Shown: piece by piece, positions 1 to 8,667 of the stretch
Position numbering within the stretch: the first letter of the stretch is position 1
Layout of the letters: each line of letters opens with the position of its first letter
From: Candidatus Poribacteria bacterium
Lineage (GTDB): Bacteria > Poribacteria > WGA-4E > PCPOR2b
Reading direction: 5' to 3'
DNA: 64,000 nt
Assembly (NCBI GenBank): GCA_965198175.1
Contig: OZ240245.1
Coordinates: 4,832,001 to 4,896,000 of the forward strand
Program-made: the position numbers and the translations under genes
The notes under the pieces: model-generated
Told to the model about the DNA's origin: nothing
Database searches by the model: none
Seen by the model: the letters and a program-made list of their open reading frames with translations, nothing else

Positions 1-359
1 CCTGCAGAAAGAATCCTGCGGGAGAGGGCAAGCATCAGCGTAAGGGTGTGTTCTGTTGCGGAAATCGTATTTCCTGCGGGCGTATTGACGACGAGGATGC
101 CGTGACGTGTTGCTGTGTCCAACTCGATATTGTCTACACCAACGCCGGCACGCCCAATAACTTTCAATCGATTCGCTGCCTCAATAATCTTATCCGTCAC
201 TTTTGTTGTGCTTCGAATAATCAGTGCATCATAATCTCCAATTCGTTCGACCAATTCATCCGGGATGAGGTTCGTTTTGAAATCTATTTCAAAATCTTCT
301 TCGCTTGCTAACAGGTCCAAACCCTGTTGCGACAGCGAATCACTGACTAGTACTCTCAT
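1..359 (-). CDS. serA: D-3-phosphoglycerate dehydrogenase (5' part; runs off the window edge)
   Basis: Not in the ORF track. Manual translation from ATG 359 gives MRVLVSDSLSQQGLDLL...DALIIRSTTKVT...LKVIGRAGVGVDNIELDTATRHGILVVNTPAGNTISATEHT, with a GGAGG SD upstream. Confidence 0.93.
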   Translation of the reverse strand, partial: MRVLVSDSLSQQGLDLLASEEDFEIDFKTNLIPDELVERIGDYDALIIRSTTKVTDKIIEAANRLKVIGRAGVGVDNIELDTATRHGILVVNTPAGNTISATEHTLTLMLALSRRILSA

Positions 360-398
360 GGTACTATGCCTCCAAATCAAAAAAGATGATGTGAAGTA

Positions 399-428
399 AC
401 TATAACACCTAGAAAAAAAGGTTGTCAA
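399..428 (-). promoter_or_regulatory. sigma70-like promoter for serA
   Basis: Minus strand TTGACA (428-423), 18-nt spacer, TG-n-TATAGT (404-399). Confidence 0.6.
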
Positions 429-440
429 CCGAAAATTCCC

Positions 441-470
441 TTGACATCTTGTGAACACGTTTGTTAAGAT
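441..470 (+). promoter_or_regulatory. sigma70-like promoter for the DAHP synthase leader
   Basis: TTGACA 441-446, 18-nt spacer, extended TG-n-TAAGAT 465-470. Confidence 0.6.
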
Positions 471-612
471 ATAGCTGGTCTCAAGAATACTAAGTCCTTG
501 GAGAAAGCTCGCCTTTGTGGCGTTTGCTATTTTCAGAACAGATCCATAGCGCATAATTCTGGGGTCACGAGGTCTATAAACTACCCTAGTGTGAACATAG
601 GAAGACAAGAAC

Positions 613-765
613 ATGTACAATTTCCAACTGCATACCATCCTCGCAAACCAAATCAACGGTAGCAGTGTGTCGTACGCGGGTTTTCTTTATGTCTTCGTTC
701 TTTTCACCTTTTTGTTGTACTTGCGCTGCGGTGGTGGGCTGGCAGAGATATTGGAGGTTCCATAG
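613..765 (+). CDS. putative Phe/Tyr-rich leader peptide (50 aa)
   Basis: MYNFQLHTILANQINGSSVSYAGFLYVFVLFTFLLYLRCGGGLAEILEVP*, with AGGAAGA upstream. It has 5 Phe and 4 Tyr, 7 of them within 16 codons. Confidence 0.6.
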   Translation: MYNFQLHTILANQINGSSVSYAGFLYVFVLFTFLLYLRCGGGLAEILEVP

Positions 766-792
766 AAAATCCAGCATGCTTTGATTGATAAT

Positions 793-837
793 CGCCCATC
801 ATCGAAACAAAAATTCGATGGTGGGCGTTTTTATTTT
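793..837 (+). terminator. intrinsic terminator (attenuator) upstream of the DAHP synthase
   Basis: Stem cgcccatcatcgaa (793-806) / ttcgatggtgggcg (814-827), followed by TTTTTATTTT. Confidence 0.8.
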
Positions 838-889
838 CAAGACAAATCGGTGTCGAGGACTACTACATGGAGATTCGGAGGAAGTAGCG

Positions 890-1966
890 GTGGCAGAAAA
901 GAATGGTGCTATTGACCAAAATATCAAGGGCTATGACGCCTTAATGAGTCCAAAGCAATTGCTAACTGATCTTCCAAGAACAGACACAATAACCAGGGCA
1001 ATGGAATATGGAAGAAAAAGCATAAAGAATATCTTGGACAGAACTGATCCAAGAAAGGTTGTCATTGTTGGACCGTGTTCAATTCACGATCCTCAGGCTG
1101 CACATGACTATGCCGCAGGCTTAAAAGAAATCTCCGATGTTGTTTCAGATCATTTAGTGGTAATCTTGAGATGTTATTTTGAAAAACCTCGTACGACTTT
1201 AGGCTGGAAGGGCTTAATCTACGATCCTTATCTGAACGGAGGAGGTCATATAAAAGATGGCTTACACCTCTCAAGAAGGATTCTCATGGATGTTCTTGAA
1301 ATTGGTTTGCCATGTGCCACTGAATATTTGGAATCGTTCACACCTCAATATAACTCAGATTTAATATCGTGGGCGGCGATTGGTGCTCGAACAACCGAGT
1401 CGCCGCAACATAGACAACTTGCTTCTGGTCTTTCAATGCCAGTTGGCTTCAAGAATAGCACTCATGGCGACATCTCTGTTGCTGTCAATGCGATTCTATC
1501 CACGAAACGCGAACACACTTTTTTAGGAATCGATGAATCTGGCGATGCCTCAATTGTACGGACAAAAGGTAATCAATACACACATATTGTAATGAGGGGC
1601 GGCAGTAACAACTCAAATTATGATGCACAAAGCATTCAGAATGTTCAACACATGCTGACACAAGCGAATTTACCGCCAAGCGTCGTAATTGATTGTAGCC
1701 ATGGAAACTCAGAGAAAGACTACAGAAATCAGCCTATTGTTTTTGAGGAAGTGTTGAGACAGGTTCGTGACGGTAATGATGGGATTGTGGGAATCATGCT
1801 AGAATCAAACATTAAGGCTGGGAGTCAGAAGATACCTTCTGACTTAACGGGGTTCGATCAATCCGCGCTTGAGTACGGCGTTTCCGTCACCGACAGTTGT
1901 ATTGATTGGGAAACAACCGCATTGTTGCTTAAGGCTGCACACAAAACCTTGGCTCGAGTGAATTGA
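890..1966 (+). CDS. aroF: 3-deoxy-7-phosphoheptulonate (DAHP) synthase, class I-alpha (AroF/G/H type)
   Basis: Motifs VGPCSIHD, YFEKPRTTLGWKG, AIGARTTES, GFKN and IDCSHGNS. GTG 890 follows GGAGG; the track start at 785 lies within the attenuator. The isoenzyme symbol is uncertain. Confidence 0.93.
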   Translation: MAEKNGAIDQNIKGYDALMSPKQLLTDLPRTDTITRAMEYGRKSIKNILDRTDPRKVVIVGPCSIHDPQAAHDYAAGLKEISDVVSDHLVVILRCYFEKPRTTLGWKGLIYDPYLNGGGHIKDGLHLSRRILMDVLEIGLPCATEYLESFTPQYNSDLISWAAIGARTTESPQHRQLASGLSMPVGFKNSTHGDISVAVNAILSTKREHTFLGIDESGDASIVRTKGNQYTHIVMRGGSNNSNYDAQSIQNVQHMLTQANLPPSVVIDCSHGNSEKDYRNQPIVFEEVLRQVRDGNDGIVGIMLESNIKAGSQKIPSDLTGFDQSALEYGVSVTDSCIDWETTALLLKAAHKTLARVN

Positions 1967-2000
1967 GGCGCCATTCGGAAGGAGTAAGGCGAATCTCCCT

Positions 2001-2774
2001 ATGGCATGGTATGAAACCTTCTTCGATGAACATTATCTCAAAGAGTACGCGAGGTGCCTCACACCTGAGCGAACCCAGAAAGAGGTGGATTTTATCAACA
2101 GTACGCTGAATCTCCCGCAAGTTGCTCCCAATACAACCGGGGGTGCACGGATTCTGGATCTTTGCTGCGGGCACGGTAGGCACACAGTTGGACTCGCAAC
2201 AGCGGGCTATTCGATGGTCGGGCAGGATCTCTCAACCACCTTCCTCGATCTTGCAAAAGGTGCCGCTGCAGCGCGCAATCTTCAGATTCCGTTTGTTCAC
2301 TCCGATATGAGAGAGATTCCGTTTGAAGGTGAGTTTGATGCAATCATCAATATGTTCACAGCTTTCGGCTACTTTGGCGACGATACGGAAGATCAGAAAG
2401 TCCTCAACGCCGTTGCGAAAGCGTTAAAGCCGGCAGGTAAGTTCCTCATTGATCTCATCAACGCCCCGCGGCTAATCCGCGATTTTCGCGCTCAAAGGTG
2501 GGACGAACTTTCTGATGGTACCTTTGTCCTAACTCAACGGGATTATAATCTCCTGACAGGTAACAACGAAGAACTTCGCGTCTACATTGCTCCTGACGGG
2601 AGTGAGCGTGAAGTTCGTTTGACTTGCCGGATGTATTTCTATCCTGAGTTCGCAAAGATGCTCAACCGTGCAGAACTTGCGCCGATTCAAGTCTTTGGCG
2701 ATTTTGATGACAACGAGTACACATCGGATTCAAAGCGGATGATTGTTTTGGCTGAAAAGAGACGTGAAGCATAA
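2001..2774 (+). CDS. class I SAM-dependent methyltransferase
   Basis: ILDLCCGHGRH motif I, SDMREIPF and FDAIINMFTAFGYF. Confidence 0.9.
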   Translation: MAWYETFFDEHYLKEYARCLTPERTQKEVDFINSTLNLPQVAPNTTGGARILDLCCGHGRHTVGLATAGYSMVGQDLSTTFLDLAKGAAAARNLQIPFVHSDMREIPFEGEFDAIINMFTAFGYFGDDTEDQKVLNAVAKALKPAGKFLIDLINAPRLIRDFRAQRWDELSDGTFVLTQRDYNLLTGNNEELRVYIAPDGSEREVRLTCRMYFYPEFAKMLNRAELAPIQVFGDFDDNEYTSDSKRMIVLAEKRREA

Positions 2775-2952
2775 ATATGCCTAAAAGAAACTAGTCGAAG
2801 AGTCAAAAAGAAATCACCTATCACGGGAGGAGGTGATGAAGGTGGGGTTGAAGGCTACCGAAGAACCGGATTTACGTAACGCAGAAGACAATCTCATATC
2901 GTTAGAACAACGTACTGAATATGGCACAATCACAAATAAGGAGAATAACACA

Positions 2953-4488
2953 GTGTCTGAGAAAATTCATATTTTTGATACAACCCTTCGAGATGCCGAA
3001 CAAACCCCGGGTGCCGCACTGAATCTTGAGGAAAAGTTAGAAATTGCCAAACACCTAGCAAAACTTAATGTCGATATCATTGAAGCGGGGTTCCCTGTCT
3101 CATCACCCGGCGATTTTGATGCGGTCAAGCGAATTGCCAATGAGGTCGAAGGACCAGAAATTTGTGGGCTTTCACGAGTGATAGAGAAGGATATCACTGC
3201 TGCGTGGGGCGCGATTAAGGACGCACCGAAACCTCGCATTCATACCTTCGTTGGCACATCGCCAATTCATAGGGAACGTATCACGCGGACATCCCCCGAA
3301 GAAACGCTGAAAATGGCAGTTGATGCGGTCAATTATGCTAAGAGCCTATCTTCTGGACACCCCGATGCAGTCGTTGAATTTTCGCCGATGGACGCCGGAC
3401 GTACAGAGTTAAGCTATCTGTATGAAGTGGTCGAGGCGACAATTGCGGCAGGCGCAACAATTGTGAACATCCCCGAAACAGTGGGTTGGACTGTCCCTGC
3501 CGAATTCGGACAACTTATCTCGGACATCAAAGCCAATGTACCGAACATTGATGAAGCAATTATCAGCGTACACTGCCATAATGACCTCGGGCTCGCCGTT
3601 GCCAACAGTCTCGAAGCAATTGAAAACGGGGCAAGGCAGGTTGAATGCACAATTAACGGACTTGGTGAACGTGCTGGCAACACATCGCTGGAAGAAATTG
3701 TGATGGCAATCCGAACCCGTCGAGACTATTTCGGAGCCTACCACACCAACATAAATACGAAAGAAATCGTTCCAATAAGCCGCCGCGTTAGCCGGACGAT
3801 GGGCATACCTGTTCAACCGAACAAAGCCATCGTTGGCGCCAATGCCTTCGCGCACAGCTCTGGAATCCATCAAGATGGCGTTATCAAGCAGCGAAATACC
3901 TTTGAGATTATTGATCCGTCAGATGTCGGCTGGCAGGAGAGTCAGATTATCCTTAGTCCGAGATCCGGACGGAACGCGCTCAGACATCGCCTCAACGAAC
4001 TCGGCTATGAGACTACACCCGAACAGCTCGACAAAATCTATGAACGCTTTCTCGTCGTCGCAGATAAGAAGAAAGCCATCCATGATGCGGACCTTGAGGC
4101 TATCATGAGAGACGAAGTTCGCTCGATCCCCGAAGTCTTCCAGATTGAATACATTCAGATTGTCAGTGGGACAAAAATTTCCCCGACAACAACGGTAGCC
4201 GTCCGAACGGAAGAAGGGGTTATTGAGGAAGCATCCACCGGTGATGGCCCCGTGGATGCCGCTTACAAAGCGATTGATCGCATCGTCAAGATTCCGCTCA
4301 CCCTCACGGACTACCGCATCCGCTCCGTAACGGAGGGAAAGGATGCCATCGGTGAAGTCACGATTAAAGTACAGGACAACGGACGAATGATTGTTGGGCA
4401 CGGTGCGAGCACGGACATCATTGAAGCAAGCGCAAAAGCCTACATTGACGCAATTAACAAAATTGTCCACCTTCGCTATGAAGAGTGA
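2953..4488 (+). CDS. leuA: 2-isopropylmalate synthase
   Basis: IFDTTLRDAEQ, HCHNDLGLA, NGLGERAGN and a C-terminal GDGPVDA regulatory domain. GTG 2953 follows AAGGAG; an alternative upstream start exists at 2833/2836. Confidence 0.95.
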   Translation: MSEKIHIFDTTLRDAEQTPGAALNLEEKLEIAKHLAKLNVDIIEAGFPVSSPGDFDAVKRIANEVEGPEICGLSRVIEKDITAAWGAIKDAPKPRIHTFVGTSPIHRERITRTSPEETLKMAVDAVNYAKSLSSGHPDAVVEFSPMDAGRTELSYLYEVVEATIAAGATIVNIPETVGWTVPAEFGQLISDIKANVPNIDEAIISVHCHNDLGLAVANSLEAIENGARQVECTINGLGERAGNTSLEEIVMAIRTRRDYFGAYHTNINTKEIVPISRRVSRTMGIPVQPNKAIVGANAFAHSSGIHQDGVIKQRNTFEIIDPSDVGWQESQIILSPRSGRNALRHRLNELGYETTPEQLDKIYERFLVVADKKKAIHDADLEAIMRDEVRSIPEVFQIEYIQIVSGTKISPTTTVAVRTEEGVIEEASTGDGPVDAAYKAIDRIVKIPLTLTDYRIRSVTEGKDAIGEVTIKVQDNGRMIVGHGASTDIIEASAKAYIDAINKIVHLRYEE

Positions 4489-4526
4489 AATAATGAGAAC
4501 GGAACGCAAAGCCGCCGGAAGCTTTT

Positions 4527-4572
4527 GTAGGTTGGGTTGAGCAATCAACCAACACCACTCCACCTAACCTAC
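4527..4572. repeat. GTAG-ended REP-like palindrome
   Basis: gtaggttgggttgagc...cacctaacctac; family members recur across the window. Confidence 0.75.
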
Positions 4573-4695
4573 CCACTAGCGCGGGTTGGCACTAGCGAAG
4601 ATGTGGCAAGAGCCGCAGCTTTTCTCGATTCAGCCGAATCCGACTGACTAGCCGGTCTCGCTATCAACGTTGCTGGTGGGTCAGCGATGAGTTGA
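4573..4695 (+). pseudogene. C-terminal remnant of an SDR (FabG-like) oxidoreductase
   Basis: PLARVGTSEDVARAAAFLDSAESD*LAGLAINVAGGSAMS* matches the SDR C-terminal pattern PLGRxGxPEDVAxAxxFL...INVxGG. It has an internal stop and no N-terminus. Confidence 0.75.
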
Positions 4696-4721
4696 CAATC
4701 ACAATAAAGGAAGTGAGAACA

Positions 4722-5000
4722 ATGGATAAAATGGAGGTCATGCGCAAATACAATTTAGGCGCAAGCGATGTATTGGATTTACGAGCAATGGCAGAAGGTA
4801 GAGTCTACGTTGAAGAGGACGGCGGGAGACAGAAACAATTGACTGACAACCGTAACTGGAGTGACGGACGCAAGCCAGGATGTTCAGTTCAATTTACCAC
4901 CGAAGCACGTCTGAAAGACTACAATAGGATACAGACATTGTTTATAATGCTATCTGATGAAGAATACAATGCCATTTTAGCCAGAGATGAAAGGCGCTGA
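4722..5000 (+). CDS. hypothetical protein (92 aa)
   Basis: ORF with AAGGAAG SD before ATG 4722; no recognisable motif. Confidence 0.55.
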   Translation: MDKMEVMRKYNLGASDVLDLRAMAEGRVYVEEDGGRQKQLTDNRNWSDGRKPGCSVQFTTEARLKDYNRIQTLFIMLSDEEYNAILARDERR

Positions 5001-5083
5001 GACCAATGACTAGATGGGAGCGGATTGTTGCCTCTGGTTCCATTATCGCCAACTGCTTTTGAAGGTAGTCGCAGCTAGAGGTG

Positions 5084-5287
5084 TTAATCACGGTTTCGAC
5101 GGAAATAACGCACACACATATACAGGTACTGGATGACAGTGCAAGCGATTACGGTTAGCATTGCAACGAAAAACATCGTTTCGATTGCAGAAGATGGCGA
5201 CCGCAGTATTTTCAAGTACACGACCAAACAAAAGATGCTTGCCACGGGCAGCATGAGTGTTACAATGGATTGCGGTCGTAGAGTCAT
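5084..5287 (-). CDS. small hypothetical membrane protein
   Basis: 67 aa with two hydrophobic segments, immediately beside the IS end. Confidence 0.4.
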   Translation of the reverse strand: MTLRPQSIVTLMLPVASIFCLVVYLKILRSPSSAIETMFFVAMLTVIACTVIQYLYMCVRYFRRNRD

Positions 5288-5311
5288 CGTATACTAGGTT
5301 CTGTTGACATT

Positions 5312-5750
5312 TCAACGGAGCCAGATAAGAGTAGAGACAAAACTCAGAAATCCAAAATAACGGGCAGCTAGTTTCTCGAAACGAGAGAAGATACGACGAT
5401 ACCATTTTATCTTGTTGATGAAACATTCAACCAGATGTCTCTCTTTGTATAAATGTTTGTCATATGTTCTTTGAGCGCCACGATTACGTCGAGGCGGTAT
5501 CACCGCCGTCGCTCCATTCGCTTCAATAACGTCGATAAAACTGTCCGAATCGTATCCCTTGTCTCCAATTACATGCTCGCTGTTATATCCAACTATCAAC
5601 GCTTCGGCTTCAGCTATGTCGTGTCTCTGACCGGGAGTTAGCTGGAGTCTAAGCGGATTACCTAGTGCGTTAACTGTGATATGAATTTTTGTGCTAAAGC
5701 CGCCCCGAGAGCGTCCTAGCGCTTGGTTTTCAGCACCTCCGTTTTTTTTG
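5312..5750 (-). CDS. IS5-family transposase OrfB (DDE part, probably reached by a -1 frameshift)
   Basis: ALGRSRGGFSTKIH, GDKGYDS and YKERHLVECFINKIKWYRRIFSRFEK, with an A8 run at 5742-5749 in the overlap. Confidence 0.85.
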
Positions 5751-6070
5751 AGGCTCCAGCCGCGCATGGGTGAGCCCGGCAAATGGTAGTGTCAACAATA
5801 AGCCACTCCATATCTGGGTCAGAGGCGAAGTAGCGGTGCATCTGTGTGAAGATTCCTATGTCACACCAGTTACTAAACCGCTTGTAGATGGAGTTCCAAT
5901 TGCCATAGGCAGTTGGTAATAATCTCCATTGAGCACCGCTACGAGTCACCCACAGAAGGGCTTCGACGAATCGTCGGGTTCCGGCTTCGTTGCGGACATA
6001 GATGTTGGAACAGCTTAGAAGAAACTGGTATATTTTTCTCCATTGGTCATCAGGTAAGGTAATTGGCATC
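5716..6070 (-). CDS. IS5-family transposase OrfA (N-terminal part)
   Basis: RRFVEALLWVTRSGAQWRLLP..YGNWNSIYKRF.NW, and DTT carrying the first catalytic Asp. Confidence 0.85.
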
Positions 6071-6355
6071 ATTCTTCTATTATGCCACAACCTTATAACC
6101 AAATGTCAACAGAACCTAATAGAAGTATTGAGGCGACGTTAGGGACAATGGTTCGAATGGCGTCATTGTTTGGTCATTGTTATATTACGATTAGAAGCGT
6201 GGCTGCCAATAAACACGATGTGTTTGTTCACGGCTTATGAGATGCCAATAACTAACCCGTCACCATCTTTACGCAACTGATGTCATGACATTAGTATTCA
6301 GGATAAGCGCCCCAAGCTAAACAATAAAACGAGCTATATTCCCTACAATCTGATT

Positions 6356-6691
6356 GTGAGATTCGGCAACAATCCTGACTGGATAAAAGCGTGTGACACC
6401 GAAGGACATGGACTATTGGAAATTGGGCAGGATTTCTCTGATTACGATGTCAAATTTATAATGGTTGAGATGAAGCTTAGGAATACAAATTTGCTTTACG
6501 AGCCTGAAACAATTAAGACCTATTGGCAGAAATGGCTTGCGTCAATGGGTATTACAAAGTCAAAATTTGTATATTCTGGCGAAAATGCCAGTGACGCGAT
6601 TGAAGAATTATTTTTGCAGGGCGAACGTGTTACTCAACTCGAGGACGACGGTTTCCCCTCTTTAGTGATATGCCAGACCAAAAACGACTAA
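6356..6691 (+). CDS. hypothetical protein, possibly a C-terminal gene fragment
   Basis: 111-aa ORF with no SD and a protein-like composition. Confidence 0.35.
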   Translation: MRFGNNPDWIKACDTEGHGLLEIGQDFSDYDVKFIMVEMKLRNTNLLYEPETIKTYWQKWLASMGITKSKFVYSGENASDAIEELFLQGERVTQLEDDGFPSLVICQTKND

Positions 6692-6698
6692 TTAGGGC

Positions 6699-6887
6699 GT
6701 GAATATGTTCATACCAATGGAGATTATTGTCATTACAGTTGTTGTAATTGTATTTTTACTGTGTGCAACAAGCCATGACTCGTCAACAATAGACTATTTG
6801 AACAATCGGATAGAGGATTTGGAAACTCAATTACGCACTAAAGAAGACCAGGAATACTTGAGAAATACCTCTAACATTTTCGATTAA
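6699..6887 (+). CDS. small membrane-anchored coiled-coil protein
   Basis: N-terminal hydrophobic helix followed by YLNNRIEDLETQLR heptads. Confidence 0.45.
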   Translation: MNMFIPMEIIVITVVVIVFLLCATSHDSSTIDYLNNRIEDLETQLRTKEDQEYLRNTSNIFD

Positions 6888-7247
6888 CCTCTAGCCCCCG
6901 TCACCATCTTTTGTGCAGCCAATACCACGATAGTCAACTCGGCTTAATACATAAATGAAACTGCCGCCGACTTTCAAAACCCACGAACCCGACCCCCGGC
7001 TCTTACCCGATACACCGCGGGAAGCCGACGAGTTCATAACCTATAGCCGTGAAACCTACAATGATTATTGGGAACGAACACCCACCCAAATCGACCAGCA
7101 CGTTTCACTGACGCGATTAAGAACGGACTGAAAGGTCAGAAAAAGTCCAATAGCGTCAATCAGTTTGCTTTGTTGGTATGTTGCACCCCGTCCCGACGGC
7201 TAGCAATTACTCCGTAACCCCCCAAATATTGAACGACAGATATTAAA

Positions 7248-8270
7248 ATGACACTACCCCACAAACTTATCTACATCGGCTTAGGTGGACTACTGATACT
7301 AAATCTTGGTTGCGGTGGCAGTGGCGGTTGCAGTGGCAGTGAAGCAGATCGAGATCGCTTAAATGGGCGTTTTGTATTCTATCCTACTGATAAACACAGT
7401 GATATTATCATCATGAACGCGGATGGCACAAACCGAGCGAATCCGACTTCTGTTGCCCATCGCGGCTTCGCCGGCGACCGACTCAGTTCCGCGCCCGCAC
7501 TGTCGCCCGATGGTTTTCAAATCGCTTTCATATCTGAGTACAAAAAGCCTTACCAACCGAAGACGTTATACACAAATATTCTTGTAATGGATTGCGATGG
7601 CTCAAACTTAACAGCAGTTACAGATTTCACTTCCTCTGAATGGTTTTTTGTAGGAGGTTTGATGTGGTCGCCCGATTCAAGGTTTATCGCCTTTCGTGCG
7701 TCTTCTCCAGGTCCTTCCAATCCTTTCGCTAATCTTTTTGGTGATGTTTTGTCAGATATTTATGTAGTTCGTATAGGACAAGCGCCGCCTAGCAGTCTCG
7801 CATTCCTAAAACAGTTACACGGCGAGTACCGTTATGATGCCGCATTGTCGCCGGATTGGACACAAATCGCTTTTACGAGATATAACGCGATTTTTACAAT
7901 AAGCACTGATGGCGGAGAAGGCGTGCGTTTAACGTCTGGAAACGATTTTCAGCCCGAGTGGTCGCCGGATGGCATTAAAATCGCTTTTACAAGAATAAAT
8001 GCCATCGGCAGCAGCGATATCTTCGTAATGAACGCTGACGGCAGTGATACCGTAAATTTGACCGCTACCCTGATAGACGGGGAGGTATATCCCCAATGGT
8101 CTCCGGACGGGCGACACATAGCGTATCACATGTGCGATGGACAGGTTGATAATGGTCTATTCTTAGGCGTAGACGTTCTAGGGACTTGGGTGATGGACGC
8201 CGACGGCAGTAATAAGACCAAGTTACCTTATGTGGAAAACTCCTGGTATCTATCCGATTGGGGTAATTAA
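7248..8270 (+). CDS. TolB-like PD40 beta-propeller lipoprotein
   Basis: Lipobox LNLGC, with repeated WSPDG..IAF and IFVMNADGS motifs. Confidence 0.85.
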   Translation: MTLPHKLIYIGLGGLLILNLGCGGSGGCSGSEADRDRLNGRFVFYPTDKHSDIIIMNADGTNRANPTSVAHRGFAGDRLSSAPALSPDGFQIAFISEYKKPYQPKTLYTNILVMDCDGSNLTAVTDFTSSEWFFVGGLMWSPDSRFIAFRASSPGPSNPFANLFGDVLSDIYVVRIGQAPPSSLAFLKQLHGEYRYDAALSPDWTQIAFTRYNAIFTISTDGGEGVRLTSGNDFQPEWSPDGIKIAFTRINAIGSSDIFVMNADGSDTVNLTATLIDGEVYPQWSPDGRHIAYHMCDGQVDNGLFLGVDVLGTWVMDADGSNKTKLPYVENSWYLSDWGN

Positions 8271-8524
8271 AGTTCGGAATAGAAGAATGGCTAAGATTAA
8301 AGAGATTTGCCAACAGATTGTATTTGCAATCGTGCTTTTGCTCATGGTAGGAATGATTTGTGTTTGTTTTTACAGTGAATAGCGCGACCGATGCGTTATG
8401 ACGGGTGTGGGGGAATCTTGCCAAATGGTTGCACAACTAACACAGCTCCCGCGCCCGTCGCCCTATGGCGATAACCGGGCTAAACCCGGTTGCCGCCGAA
8501 CAACCGAAAGGGAGGTGAAAAGCA

Positions 8525-8632
8525 ATGGCAAAAGGTGGCGGTCGTAGTAATAGCCGTAGTAACAGTAGTACACGTTATCCGGCAAATAAGCCGTCAAAAA
8601 CCGGGAACCGGTCGGGAGTGAATCGTAAGTAA
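8525..8632 (+). CDS. putative 35-aa basic Gly/Ser/Arg-rich small protein
   Basis: Very strong SD GAAAGGGAGGTGAAA; MAKGGGRSNSRSNSSTRYPANKPSKTGNRSGVNRK*. Confidence 0.5.
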   Translation: MAKGGGRSNSRSNSSTRYPANKPSKTGNRSGVNRK

Positions 8633-8667
8633 TAACACTTCCGGAAAGGGGAGCGGTATTAGTTTTT

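Larger units (their letters stand above)
5297..6116 (-). mobile_element. IS5-family (IS427-group-like) insertion sequence, 820 bp
   Basis: Perfect 16-bp terminal IRs GGTTCTGTTGACATTT / AAATGTCAACAGAACC flanked by TA (5295-96, 6117-18), with two overlapping transposase ORFs. Confidence 0.93.

Noticed and set aside
689..784. Alternative leader ORF MSSFFSPFCCTCAAVVGWQRYWRFHRKSSML with two Trp codons
   Set aside because: It has no SD, and a ribosome stalled at its Trp codons (740, 752) would cover the antiterminator strand, giving the wrong regulatory logic.
785..889. N-terminal extension of the DAHP synthase in the ORF track
   Set aside because: It overlaps the terminator; GTG 890 has the SD.
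5084..6180. Gene interrupted by the IS5 element
   Set aside because: Reconstructing the empty TA site gives stops in all three minus frames near the junction, so no clean restored ORF results.
6240..6950. Integron attC array
   Set aside because: No intI gene, no convincing GTTRRRY R' sites and hairpins that are too short or weak; kept only as a degenerate-repeat finding.
8420..8500. c-di-GMP-I riboswitch (GGGCTAAACC...GGTTGCCG resemblance)
   Set aside because: It lacks the P1 GNRA hairpin and GACGCAAAG junction in the required order.
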